Assembly: GCA_963735975.1 (NCBI GenBank)
Contig: CAVTNF010000006.1
Location: 34,650 to 98,649, forward strand
From: an uncultured Acidobacteriaceae bacterium
GTDB taxonomy: Bacteria > Acidobacteriota > Terriglobia > Terriglobales > Acidobacteriaceae
Reading direction: 5' to 3'
DNA length: 64,000 nucleotides
This document shows positions 37,662-47,394 of the stretch, one piece after another. The notes beneath the pieces were generated by a model, which worked only from the letters and a program-made list of their open reading frames with translations, was not told the DNA's origin and did not search any database. A program made the position numbers and the translations under genes. Positions within the stretch are counted from its first letter, which is position 1. Each line of letters starts with the position of its first letter.

Positions 37662-38815
37662 GGAATCTCTGAGCAACCTGCCGGTTCTGAGTACACGTCC
37701 GGTGGCAGAGTGCACCATGCCGCAGATTTTCTCCGAATTTCCTGCGATCTTGCTGAACCCCGCCATGCACGCAGGTTTCAGACACACTTCCGCCTACGCG
37801 ACCGCCAGACGTTTCCGGTGCAGATACAAGTTCACCAGCGCGAAGCAGGCGCACAGCCGCTCGTGGTTCTTTTTCAGTCCTCGGTATCTCACCTTCTCGA
37901 AGCCGAAGATGCGCTTCAATATCCGAAACGGATGTTCTACTTTCGCTCGCACTCGCGCCTTCACCCGATTCTTCCTCTTTTGTAACTCATCCACAAAGTT
38001 CTTGTACTTCACTCTGCGGCTGGTCATATCTTGCGCCTGCGACGCTGCCTGTCGGATCGCTTCCCCCTGCCCCTGATATGCGCCGTCGCCCCACACCTTG
38101 CGTTCGTCTCCGTGCAGCAGGTCCGGCAGCATGTGCTTGTCGGCTACCGAAGCCGCCGACGTGCACACCGAATGCACGTGGCCCTGCTTGGAATCCACGC
38201 CGACGTGCGCCTTCAGCCCGAAGTACCACTGCTTGCCCTTGCGTGTTTGATGCATCTCCGGATCACGCTCCCCGCTGCGGTTCTTGGTCGACGACGGCGC
38301 ATGCAGAATGGTCGCGTCTACAATCGTGCCCCGGCTAATGCGGATGCCCCGGCTCTCCAGATATTCGTTCACCGCGTTCAGCATCGCCCCGCCCAGATCA
38401 TGTTTCTCCAGCAGATGACGGAACTGTAAGATCGTGCTCTCGTCCGGCGCCGGCGCACGCCCCAAGTCCACGCCCACAAAGCGCCGCAGCACCGGCGATT
38501 CGTACAGCGCCTCCTCCGCGCCCGGGTCGCTCAGGTTGAACCACTGCTGCAAAAAGTACACCCGCAACATGATCGACAATCCCACCGGCGGACGTCCGTT
38601 CTCCCCTTTCGGATAATGCCCCTCCACCAAGGCCTGTAACTCCGCCCAGGGCACCACTTGCTCCATCTGGTCGAGAAACTGTTCTCGCTTGGACTTCCGT
38701 CCATACCTCTCGAAGATTGCCTGCGCCGCCAGCGTCTGTTGTCGCACTCGTGTTTTCCCTCCGACTTACACAGTACCCGCCCAGCCTGTGGATCGGCGAG
38801 CATTTCAGAGGTTCC
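37662..38815 (-). mobile_element. IS5-group insertion sequence, intact, 1154 bp
   Basis: IRs are GGAATCTCTGAG... and ...TCAGAGGTTCC. The 4-bp TSD TTAG is at 37658-37661 and 38816-38819, matching the YTAR target. The uninterrupted paralog has CCTAGG at the same place. Confidence 0.9.
37794..38747 (-). CDS. IS5-family transposase
   Basis: GRPPVGLSIMLRVYFLQQWFNLSDPGAEEALYES...IVDATILHAPSSTKN...WYFGLKAHVGVD...GDGAYQG...VEHPFRILKRIFGFEKVRYRGLKKN. Confidence 0.95.
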   Translation of the reverse strand: MRQQTLAAQAIFERYGRKSKREQFLDQMEQVVPWAELQALVEGHYPKGENGRPPVGLSIMLRVYFLQQWFNLSDPGAEEALYESPVLRRFVGVDLGRAPAPDESTILQFRHLLEKHDLGGAMLNAVNEYLESRGIRISRGTIVDATILHAPSSTKNRSGERDPEMHQTRKGKQWYFGLKAHVGVDSKQGHVHSVCTSAASVADKHMLPDLLHGDERKVWGDGAYQGQGEAIRQAASQAQDMTSRRVKYKNFVDELQKRKNRVKARVRAKVEHPFRILKRIFGFEKVRYRGLKKNHERLCACFALVNLYLHRKRLAVA

Positions 38816-38941
38816 TTAGGTATTCGTACAAATACGGGAGTGCATGATCTGCTACGATCGTTCTTGCTAACAGGGCTGGAATCATTTGCGAAGTCGCGCA
38901 GAATCAGCGCGCAACTCAGGCTGGTTCGTCGCGTATAGATA

Positions 38942-40378
38942 TCAGCTGCTTTGAACGCGCCAGATTTTTCGGAAAGTCGAGAAATCATCGGCAGAGAAAG
39001 CCTTGAACAGAAGCGTCATGGCAACGTAGCTGGCCAGGCTTACAGGTACCAGCAGCCAAAAATTGACATGGCTCTGGAGAATGGCCGTTACGATTGCCAT
39101 ACCAGCGGCCGCCAAAGTCAGCTTTCCAGTAAGGCGGAAGAAATTGAGACGAGTGCCGTCGCTCCGCAGTTGGTGTACAACGAGGATTACAATCAGCACC
39201 GTGCTGGCCGAGCTAGAGATCGCTGCGCCCAAGGAAGCGAACCACCGTATAAGTACATAGCCTCCACCGAAGCGAGCCAATAAGCTAATGACCTGAATAT
39301 TAAAGACATCTCCGTGTTCCCCTCGCGCGGAGACGACCCGCCACATAATAGTCCACAAAGTGGCCAACGGTATGGTCCATACGAGGACCCGCAAGACCGG
39401 CACCGATGGGCTGAAACCCGAACCGTACAATAACTGCAGCAAGGGGCGAGCCAGCACGAACATGCCGACTGTCACGGGGAGGGACCACGCCAGCAGATAC
39501 TTGATCGATTTCGACCGCACGCTGTGCGCCCTGGCATCCCGTTCATGGTGGTACTTGGAGAGAACGGGGTACACATTGTACATATACACGCGAGGGATGA
39601 GCTGCCATATGTCCACCAGGCGCACAGCTGCACTGTAAAACCCGATCTGAGCATCATTCTTGGCAAGGGAAAGCAGAATTATTTCCGGGCGGGACAAAAA
39701 GCCTTGCAGCAAGGATGACCCGGTAAACGTCCTCATCTCACGCACTATTTTCCACAAAAATGCGGGAGAAAATTCCCAGCGCAGCCGGGTTATGCGACGA
39801 TTGATGGAAACGAAATAAAACGTCGTTACGACAAACTGCACCAGCACAAAAGCAGCCACAAGGCTGACGACGCCAAAGCCTTGTCGGAGAAGAAGCATCG
39901 TAGTCGTGATGTTCACGATCGCGGCGATGACGGCAGAATACGTCAGGAATTCGGCCCGTTGATAAGCGATAAAAACACCTTCCTGAATGGCTTTCCAAAC
40001 CGCAGGGATGATCGCCCAGATAATGACGTACAGACACCTTTGCAGCTCTTGGGAGTAGCCCAACCACGGCATAACAGTTCGGGCTATGGTCGCAAAGCTC
40101 ACGGCCGCCACCCCGCTCAGCATAGCCAAGTGAACAACGTACCGGCTGGTCTGTGTGCGATCCTTGGAAATTTCTCGTATGAGGTATATGGTGGCCCCGA
40201 ACTCCCCCGCCAGGAACAGCAAAGAATAGTAGACCATGGCCGCGGAATACACACCCAAGCCGCGCGCTCCCAGTGTGCGGGCGACAAAAATTCCAAGAAA
40301 CATCGTGGTGGCCCGCTCGATCATCTGGGCAAGGCCTTGTGCGAACGTGTTCTTGAAGATTGTACGTGGCTGATTCAC
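38942..40378 (-). CDS. Wzx-type oligosaccharide flippase (MOP/polysaccharide biosynthesis protein family)
   Basis: About 12-14 predicted TM segments, with the N-terminal pattern FKNTFAQGLAQMIERATTMFLGIFVARTLGARGLGVY. Confidence 0.8.
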   Translation of the reverse strand: MNQPRTIFKNTFAQGLAQMIERATTMFLGIFVARTLGARGLGVYSAAMVYYSLLFLAGEFGATIYLIREISKDRTQTSRYVVHLAMLSGVAAVSFATIARTVMPWLGYSQELQRCLYVIIWAIIPAVWKAIQEGVFIAYQRAEFLTYSAVIAAIVNITTTMLLLRQGFGVVSLVAAFVLVQFVVTTFYFVSINRRITRLRWEFSPAFLWKIVREMRTFTGSSLLQGFLSRPEIILLSLAKNDAQIGFYSAAVRLVDIWQLIPRVYMYNVYPVLSKYHHERDARAHSVRSKSIKYLLAWSLPVTVGMFVLARPLLQLLYGSGFSPSVPVLRVLVWTIPLATLWTIMWRVVSARGEHGDVFNIQVISLLARFGGGYVLIRWFASLGAAISSSASTVLIVILVVHQLRSDGTRLNFFRLTGKLTLAAAGMAIVTAILQSHVNFWLLVPVSLASYVAMTLLFKAFSADDFSTFRKIWRVQSS

Positions 40379-40998
40379 AATCCGACTGCACTGCGTTCGC
40401 TTATTTGTAGGATCACCTGGTCATCGCCCTTCTTGTGGTACTTCGCACTGCACTCCGAGCACTTTGCCTGTCCTTGTTCCCAGACCAGCCGATGGCCACA
40501 TTGGCAAACCCAGCCAATCACACGAGCGGGAGTTCCAACCACCAGAGCATGGGGAAGTATATCTTTGGTGACCACCGCACCGGCGCCCACCATGGCAAAG
40601 GATCCCACAGTGATTCCAGCAACGAGGACGGCCCCCGCTCCGATGGAGGCACCGTGCTTCACCAAGGTCGGCACTCGCCAGCCGATTCCTTGATACCGCG
40701 CTCGCGCCTGTGGCAGGCGTGGCGACCTGGGATAAAGATCATTCGTAAAGAAGACCCCAGGACCAACAAATGTCCCGTCCTCTAAGGTGACGCCGTCCCA
40801 GATCATGTTTCCATTCTTGACGGTGACGTTGTTTCCGACGTTTGCTCCGGTTTCCAGGAAGCAGTGCTCCCCTACGTTGCAGTTTTCTCCGATCGAGACA
40901 TCCCGCATGACGTGAGTGAAAGCCCAAATGCGGGTGCCGTTTCCGATCTGTTTAGACTCGACCATGGCCTGTGGATGGACGTACACGTTATCGTTCAT
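40375..40998 (-). CDS. left-handed beta-helix (hexapeptide) N-acetyltransferase, WbpD/WlbB-like, with a C-terminal CxxC...CxxC zinc-ribbon
   Basis: Hexapeptide repeats (IGENCNVGEHCFLETGANVGNNVTVKNGN...). It sits in a locus with DegT and Gfo/Idh/MocA genes. Confidence 0.8.
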   Translation of the reverse strand: MNDNVYVHPQAMVESKQIGNGTRIWAFTHVMRDVSIGENCNVGEHCFLETGANVGNNVTVKNGNMIWDGVTLEDGTFVGPGVFFTNDLYPRSPRLPQARARYQGIGWRVPTLVKHGASIGAGAVLVAGITVGSFAMVGAGAVVTKDILPHALVVGTPARVIGWVCQCGHRLVWEQGQAKCSECSAKYHKKGDDQVILQISERSAVGL

Positions 40999-41023
40999 CT
41001 CTTAGTTTGCACCTTTGGTTTGC

Positions 41024-42268
41024 TTATGTGTTTTGGGCTTGCGCAGATGCCTGGGCCAAACCTCCAGGTAACACGCGGCGGTAAACTTCCAGGAGTTTGG
41101 GAACCGAGTGTGACCAAGCAAGCTCAGTCTCAATTCTGCTGCGCCCGTACGAGCCCATGGTCTGCCGCCGCAGCGGATCCGCCATCAGCTCCGCGATGGC
41201 TCGCGCCAGATCGCGTTCGTCATTCGGCTTAGCGTAAAGCGCTGCCGATTGAGCACTGTAGCGATGCTCGGGCAAATTAAAAGCCACGATCGGCTTTCCC
41301 AGCGCCATGTACTCCATGATTTTGATGGTCGTTGATGCGTCGTTGTAGCCGTTGGAAGGAGTCGGCTCGACGCAAATATCTGCAGTCGAAATATAGCGGA
41401 TGTACGCGGCTGGATCATCCACCCAGCCAGCAAACCAGACGTAGTCATCAAGCTCGAGTTCACGTGCAAGGCTTTTCAATTCCGGCAATACGTCACCGTC
41501 ACCCAAAATCACGCAAAGAACGTCTTGCTTGCCCAGATCATTGACCAGAAAACGCAGACATCTTAAAAGGAGATCGACGCCATCGTGGCCCCCAATGCTG
41601 CCCGCGAAAACGATGATCGTGCCAGCCTTCCTCCGGAGCGCAGTATCAATATCTCCGACCACCAATCTACTTGGATCCGGTCCATTACGAACCACCGTGA
41701 TGCGTTCCTCAGGTATGTGGTGCCGTTCCATCTCAATGTTCTTATAGGACCGATTGGTGGCAATGACCTGGTCGGCCAGTTGGCATGAGACCATCTCACA
41801 CCACCTTAGCACCCGGTAGACGAACCTATTGCCATGGCCGGCGAAGCGAGCGTAGTACATCTCGGATGCCAGGTCATGGTGGTCAAAGACAAACCGTTTC
41901 CCCAGCAGCTTGTAAAATATGGCGATAAACACCAGTGTGTCAGGCGGGTTGGCGGCATGAATCACGTCGAATCCATGGCGCAGAAACACCCAGAATGACA
42001 AGATAAAAATTGCTGCCATCGAGTATGCATACTCGAAGGCGTACATCAGAAAGCCGTTGGCTGGCGGTGGTGCAGGATATCGGTAGATCGCTATTTCACC
42101 GAAGGTTTCGTGCCAGGCCTGTCCCGGCAGCGCTGGACTGATGACGCAAACTGAATAACCCGCCGCCGCAAGCACCTCCGCCTCTCTCCGCACTCGGGGA
42201 TCCCGCGGGTAGGAGTTATTCTCCACCATCATCAGTACTCGTCCCGGCGCATCCACCGCAGGTTTCAT
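41024..42268 (-). CDS. glycosyltransferase family 4
   Basis: Start chosen at MKPAVDAPGRVLMMVEN so that it follows the upstream stop. C-terminal ...EPTPSNGYNDASTTIKIMEYMALGKPIVAFNL. Confidence 0.8.
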   Translation of the reverse strand: MKPAVDAPGRVLMMVENNSYPRDPRVRREAEVLAAAGYSVCVISPALPGQAWHETFGEIAIYRYPAPPPANGFLMYAFEYAYSMAAIFILSFWVFLRHGFDVIHAANPPDTLVFIAIFYKLLGKRFVFDHHDLASEMYYARFAGHGNRFVYRVLRWCEMVSCQLADQVIATNRSYKNIEMERHHIPEERITVVRNGPDPSRLVVGDIDTALRRKAGTIIVFAGSIGGHDGVDLLLRCLRFLVNDLGKQDVLCVILGDGDVLPELKSLARELELDDYVWFAGWVDDPAAYIRYISTADICVEPTPSNGYNDASTTIKIMEYMALGKPIVAFNLPEHRYSAQSAALYAKPNDERDLARAIAELMADPLRRQTMGSYGRSRIETELAWSHSVPKLLEVYRRVLPGGLAQASAQAQNT

Positions 42269-42272
42269 CGTG

Positions 42273-43277
42273 CTAACCTTCTCGAACTTCTTGCGAGGCT
42301 CGCCTCGCAAGCGTCTCTTCGTAGACACGGATAAGCTTCTGGGCCATTGCCGTCCCTGAAAACTGCCGGACCTGTTCACGGCCGTTGGTCCGATTACGAG
42401 AACGCAGAATCTCGGTAAGCCGTTCCGCGAAACCGGCTACCTCAGGCCGGCAGATATAGCAGCCGGGAGTGTGGCTGATGATTTGGCGAACGTCGCCCAC
42501 ATCGGTGGCCACAATCGGCAAATTACAGGCCATGGCTTGCTTAACTATGTTGGGCGACCCCTCTTGATACGAGGGAAACACTAAGGCATCACAAGCGCTC
42601 ATAAAAAGAGCAAGCCGAACTTGAGGTTCCCGACAAGCGACGATGAGTTCCACCGTCGGATCCTTCTGTCGCAGATGATCGACTACCTGTTTCGCAAGAG
42701 GAAAACGCTTCACCGCAATGCTTGGGTTAGCCGCGAACAGCAGATACTTCTTATTGGGATCCAGATCGAGCGCTGCCCGCGCATCCTCCCGCGGTGTCGG
42801 TCGGAACACGTCAAAGTCTACTTCACAGGGGATGATGTAGACACCCTTCTTCCGCTTGAGTTTGCTGGCCATCTCTTCATTTTGCACGATGACCGCATCC
42901 ACACATTGCGCAAGAATCTGGCCAGCGGCAACCACCAACTTGCTGAAGGCAGTTTTCTTTCCATCTTCGTTTATCACGCCCAGGAGGTCGCTGCCATGGT
43001 AAGTGACGACTACTGGCAACTTGAATTGCGTCCGCGAAACCATTCCAACAAGGCTGATGTGGGCGTGAATCAGCTGGCTCGCGGATCCCGAAGAAAGGCG
43101 TTTTCGCAATTGAAAAACCCCTTTAGGGTAGATGAGCTTGCGAAATCTGCCGTTGAGCACAAGCAGCTCGACGTCGACTCCAGCTTTCTGGAGCGCCTCG
43201 GCCTGGGTACGGACAAAGGAACCGTATGCGGGATTTTCTGCTGTCGGATATATCGCGGTTGCGACCAATACATTCAT
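42273..43277 (-). CDS. glycosyltransferase family 4/GT1
   Basis: MNVLVATAIYPTAENPAYGSFV...LVFPSYQEGSPNIVKQAMACNLPIVATDVGDV. Confidence 0.8.
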   Translation of the reverse strand: MNVLVATAIYPTAENPAYGSFVRTQAEALQKAGVDVELLVLNGRFRKLIYPKGVFQLRKRLSSGSASQLIHAHISLVGMVSRTQFKLPVVVTYHGSDLLGVINEDGKKTAFSKLVVAAGQILAQCVDAVIVQNEEMASKLKRKKGVYIIPCEVDFDVFRPTPREDARAALDLDPNKKYLLFAANPSIAVKRFPLAKQVVDHLRQKDPTVELIVACREPQVRLALFMSACDALVFPSYQEGSPNIVKQAMACNLPIVATDVGDVRQIISHTPGCYICRPEVAGFAERLTEILRSRNRTNGREQVRQFSGTAMAQKLIRVYEETLARRASQEVREG

Positions 43278-43463
43278 AAAGCAACGGGAAGGCAGCGTCT
43301 ACGTGGAAGCTGCTATTCTCGGCGTCGACTGGCCGAGGGCGCAGCGATATACCTCCAGCGTGCTCGTGACGATCATAGCCGGTGAGCACTCGCTGTTAAT
43401 CATTCGATTCCCATTTGCGCCGAGTTCACCCTGCGGCTTCATAAATTAACTAAACGGTTAGTG

Positions 43464-44411
43464 TTATCTGATCCGGAACCAAAAAGAGTTTCCGGCTGGA
43501 ATTATCTGCTGCATCGTGCTCTCTTTCCAGAGCCAGTCCATTTCGCTCAACAATGGCGAGTCGCATGATAGGAGATTGTTGGGCATCAGGATTTCAAGCC
43601 GTTCCTCGTTCGCCAGTAGCCAACAGGCAAGAAGATATTGTTCCGAATAAAGCCGCGCTCCAAAGTCAGGGGGATAATCGTAGGGTAACGTGATGTCGTG
43701 CAGGTGGACGACAACACCCGACCTGAGTCGTGGGAGAATCTCAAGGAAAAACACAGTTACATCGGAGTTCTCAAAACAGCAGTGCGAGTTGTCGATGAAC
43801 ACCACGTCGCCAGGTTCAACATCGCTAATCCACCGCAAATCAGAATCCTCAAGCCGCTGTCGAATGACAGTGTCGCAAATCTCATCTACGTCGGCGCGAG
43901 GCTGAGGGTCAATTGAAGTCACCCGTGTGCGCAGATGGCCATCCCTGATTGCACGCACCGCCACTTTGGTAGAGTAACCCGAACCCACTTCGAAGTAATG
44001 CGCTGGTTTCAGGTAACGCAGGAAACAGTAGAGCATCGCGCAATCGAGAGCCGGCAGCATGGGCATCTGCCACGCAACCCCGGAGTCCTCTGTCATACGA
44101 GGAATTCTCAATAGGTCCTTCGCGTACGTCCTAAACTCGTGTAGGAAGCGTTCGTACGTACTCCGGTGGGCATCGATGATGCGATAAAGCTCGGGGTGTG
44201 GGGACTGACCGAATCCGTAACGAGGCCGTGCATGGAAAGGATACCCAATCTCCACCAGCCAAAAACCGCGAATAGCTCGCTCCGCATAATACAAGCGTGG
44301 CATCTTGCGCCTAAACCAATGTCTCAATTGGTCCGTGGAAATTGGGTTCATTATGTTGCGGCGGTTCGCTCCGTTGGGGATCCGTCGTTCTTGACTACCG
44401 ACTTTTGTCAT
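43464..44411 (-). CDS. class I SAM-dependent methyltransferase (Methyltransf_24-like)
   Basis: YFEVGSGYSTKVAVRAI...VVFIDNSH...VVVHLHDI. Confidence 0.65.
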   Translation of the reverse strand: MTKVGSQERRIPNGANRRNIMNPISTDQLRHWFRRKMPRLYYAERAIRGFWLVEIGYPFHARPRYGFGQSPHPELYRIIDAHRSTYERFLHEFRTYAKDLLRIPRMTEDSGVAWQMPMLPALDCAMLYCFLRYLKPAHYFEVGSGYSTKVAVRAIRDGHLRTRVTSIDPQPRADVDEICDTVIRQRLEDSDLRWISDVEPGDVVFIDNSHCCFENSDVTVFFLEILPRLRSGVVVHLHDITLPYDYPPDFGARLYSEQYLLACWLLANEERLEILMPNNLLSCDSPLLSEMDWLWKESTMQQIIPAGNSFWFRIR

Positions 44412-44421
44412 TTCCGATTCC

Positions 44422-44634
44422 CTAGATTGAAAATTCTATATCTTCTATTTTGGCACGAAGAATACCCGAAAAGCGACGCAAAGGGGGGGAAGTAACTGCA
44501 GGATCAAGCAAGGAGGAGTATGGGTAGGCTTTTTCCTCGGCCAATATCAGCAGAACTGCTGCTCGTTGTGCCAAAGCGCTAGCCAGCCGAACACAGTACT
44601 CGCCGTGGTCGAAGGCAACGAAAGCGACTCTCAT
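44422..44634 (-). pseudogene. possible N-terminal remnant of a GT4 glycosyltransferase
   Basis: MRVAFVAFDHGEYCVRLASALAQRAAVLLIL resembles a GT4 N-domain start. Only about 70 codons remain. Confidence 0.3.
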
Positions 44635-44771
44635 GCTTCCGAACTCGCAGCTCGTTGCCGGACCTGGGCTCAACCTTGACGAGGAGCTAACTAGCATATC
44701 TTGTAGGCTGCGCCGCCGGTCTTTATATCCGCTACGTCTACGGTCATCAGCTGACGAGTCTACGGCTCACC

Positions 44772-46223
44772 CTAATAACTCGTTGCCGACGCGAGCATTC
44801 CTGGTTTTGCGGATGCTTCTATGACCCAGCCGTGCATGGCGGTGATGAGGCTGGCCGTAATCAATAACATACTCATTATTCCGCTACCGCGCATGGGGTC
44901 AAGCATGAGGCACATGGAAAATCCCACCAGACCTGCGGTCAGCCCCAGGGCGAGGGGCGAGAAAAAGGGATCCTTGAACTTCCAGGATTTCCATCCTCTC
45001 CTTAACGTCGCCACTATAAACCACACGAATGCAATCAGGGCCCCAGGACCGGTTTCAGCCCAAATGAGCAGATACTTGTTGTGTACCGCGTACATCCACT
45101 CGCCACTGAGTTCCCCTGTCGCATACTTGTCCATGTTAAGCGTGTAGTTGTTTGCGCCAACGCCGATCAGGGGATTATCTGCGATCATTCGCAGTGCCAT
45201 TAACGCCAAAGGAATGCGTGAGGATGCCGCTTGTTTGTCAAGCAAGCGGTCAGAACTTGCCTTTTGGATCAGTATTCCGGACGCGACCATGACAACTGCT
45301 AGCAGACAGAGTGCTTTGTGGCCGGGCCGAAGCAGGCGCCGGGCGCTTAGCGCCACAATTGCCAGTGCCGTCGCGCAAGACAGCCAACCGCCTCTTGAGA
45401 ACGTGATGACCAGGGCGCCCCCCCCAACGCAGAACGCCACCGCCGCCAGAATCTTGTACCAGTACCCGACTCCGCGTGTAATCAACAGGCTAAGTGCCGG
45501 CGCGAGTAACAAGGCAAAGTAGGTTCCCGCTGAATTAGGGTCCCCTAGAGTACCGCCGACGCGCGGCACCGAGGTGGGATCTGTTTCCACTTGAGCTTTG
45601 AAAGCTGACGGTAGCAGACCACTACCGCCGACGCGCAACGCCATCATCAGCACGCTTTCTAAGACCATGCCGATCAGGAGAAGGGAGAAGACAAACATTA
45701 CGTCCTGGCGAGTTCTTACCCAATTGATTAGATAAATGTACAGGAAGACCATCTGCACCATGATGCAGAACTCAAAGGCAAATAATGTCCGATCTTCGGC
45801 CGCGAAAATGGAAATGGTAAAAAACAACAGATAAAAGATCATGGGCAGACTCGTGCGAAATATGGGCCGATGATGCAACTCCCGTCTCGACGCGTAGCCT
45901 ACGATCCAAGCAATGTACAAAAGGACCAGAGCAATCAAGGATACCGAAATCTCCAGCCCGGCAATCGCTCCCAATTTGGCTCTCTCGTCGTCCCAAAACA
46001 GATGCGTACTTATCTGTAGCGGAAGATCCAGGATAACTACTCCCAACAGGATCCTGCGGCCCTTGGCAGCCAGAACTGCGAAGGGGAGGAGCACGACAGT
46101 GACGAATGCAGAACCAGCTGCCGAAAGCGTTCTTCCAGCAACAGCTCCGGCAGAGCTGTACCATTGCGCATTGGTCACTTCAGGTGAGCGCTGGCCGGCG
46201 GGTATGGCGAAGTTATCTGGCAT
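44772..46223 (-). CDS. O-antigen ligase / Wzy-like polymerase family membrane protein
   Basis: Multi-TM protein with a Wzy_C-like motif ...LVITFSRGGWLSCATALAIVAL... Confidence 0.75.
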   Translation of the reverse strand: MPDNFAIPAGQRSPEVTNAQWYSSAGAVAGRTLSAAGSAFVTVVLLPFAVLAAKGRRILLGVVILDLPLQISTHLFWDDERAKLGAIAGLEISVSLIALVLLYIAWIVGYASRRELHHRPIFRTSLPMIFYLLFFTISIFAAEDRTLFAFEFCIMVQMVFLYIYLINWVRTRQDVMFVFSLLLIGMVLESVLMMALRVGGSGLLPSAFKAQVETDPTSVPRVGGTLGDPNSAGTYFALLLAPALSLLITRGVGYWYKILAAVAFCVGGGALVITFSRGGWLSCATALAIVALSARRLLRPGHKALCLLAVVMVASGILIQKASSDRLLDKQAASSRIPLALMALRMIADNPLIGVGANNYTLNMDKYATGELSGEWMYAVHNKYLLIWAETGPGALIAFVWFIVATLRRGWKSWKFKDPFFSPLALGLTAGLVGFSMCLMLDPMRGSGIMSMLLITASLITAMHGWVIEASAKPGMLASATSY

Positions 46224-46263
46224 GGCTGTTAAGGCATCCGCTGTGGGCTTGGGAAATTAAAGC

Positions 46264-47394
46264 TCAGGAGTTAAGCTCCCGAATGGTATCGGCCACGTAT
46301 TGAACCGCATCAGCGGACAGTTCTGCATACATGGGGAGCGAGAGGACTTCCTCAGCGTAGGCCTCGGTAACCGGAAAATCGCCTTCCTTGTAACCCAGAT
46401 CAGAATATGCGGGCTGCAGGTGGATAGGAATCGGATAGTGAATTCCGGTCATGATGCCCTGGCTGGCAAGATGCGCCTGAAGCGCAGCGCGGTTCCTGGT
46501 TCGTATGACGTACAGATGCCAGACCGACTCGGCGTACGACGCCACAGTTGGAGTAATGACACCCGTGCCGTTGAGAGATTCATTATACAAACGTGCAAGG
46601 TGCCGGCGGGAGCTGTTCCAAGAATCCAGGTGACGCAGCTTAACACCCAGTATGGCGGCTTGGAGTGTATCTAGGCGACGATTGTAACCTTTCGATACAT
46701 GCTTGTATTTCTGCTCTTGTCCATAGTTGCGAAGTTTCTGTAGGGCTTTGGCAATGTGCGGGTCCTTGGTCACGACCATTCCGCCATCGCCATAGGCGCC
46801 GAGGTTCTTGCCCGGATAAAAACTGAAAGCGGCGGCATGGCCGAGAGAACCCGCGCGTTTTCCCTTATAGGTAGCGCCATGCGCTTGGCAGGCGTCCTCA
46901 ATGACTACGAGGTTATTCCTCTTCCCGATCTCGAGGATGGGATCCATGTCCGCGGGCTGACCATAAAGATGTACTGGAATAATGGCACGGGTACGCGGTG
47001 TGATTGCCTGTTCCAGGCGCGAGACGTCCATCGTGTAGTCTTCGGGATTACAATCCACGAGCACCGGCCTCGCACCAGCATGCGAAACAGCTAAAGCTGA
47101 GGCGATAAAACTGTTGGCAACTGTAATCACTTCGTCGCCCGGACCGATATCGAAGGCGCGGAGTGAAAGTTCGAGGGCCGAAGTGCCAGAGTCGACGCCC
47201 ACGGCGTAAGAACTCTCGCAGAAGACGGCAAATTCTTCTTCCAGTTGGTTTACAGCGCGCCCCAGGATGAAATCGGTATCACGCAACACCGCGGCCATCG
47301 CTTGATCGACTTCTGTTGCGATGGCACGATACTGTGCCCCCAGGTCAACGAAACGCACTTCGTTAAGCAACGATTTGGCAGGAATAACGGCCAT
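46264..47394 (-). CDS. DegT/DnrJ/EryC1/StrS-family PLP aminotransferase (WbpE-like)
   Basis: FEEEFAVFCESSYAVGVDSGTSALELSLRA...SFYPGKNLGAYGDGG. Confidence 0.9.
   Translation of the reverse strand: MAVIPAKSLLNEVRFVDLGAQYRAIATEVDQAMAAVLRDTDFILGRAVNQLEEEFAVFCESSYAVGVDSGTSALELSLRAFDIGPGDEVITVANSFIASALAVSHAGARPVLVDCNPEDYTMDVSRLEQAITPRTRAIIPVHLYGQPADMDPILEIGKRNNLVVIEDACQAHGATYKGKRAGSLGHAAAFSFYPGKNLGAYGDGGMVVTKDPHIAKALQKLRNYGQEQKYKHVSKGYNRRLDTLQAAILGVKLRHLDSWNSSRRHLARLYNESLNGTGVITPTVASYAESVWHLYVIRTRNRAALQAHLASQGIMTGIHYPIPIHLQPAYSDLGYKEGDFPVTEAYAEEVLSLPMYAELSADAVQYVADTIRELNS

Larger units (their letters stand above)
37376..38895 (-). pseudogene. second copy of the polysaccharide deacetylase gene, internally deleted (~690 bp missing) and split by IS5
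   Basis: 37376-37640 aligns with 32205-32469 (the 3' part). 37641-37661 plus 38816-38895 aligns with about 33155-33245 (the 5' part). Confidence 0.8.

Noticed and set aside
44772-46223. The 483-aa multi-TM protein as the missing exosortase.
   Set aside because: It carries the Wzy_C/O-antigen-ligase type motif (..FSRGGWL..). It lacks the exosortase pattern as far as I can recall it. It is called Wzy/ligase-like instead.
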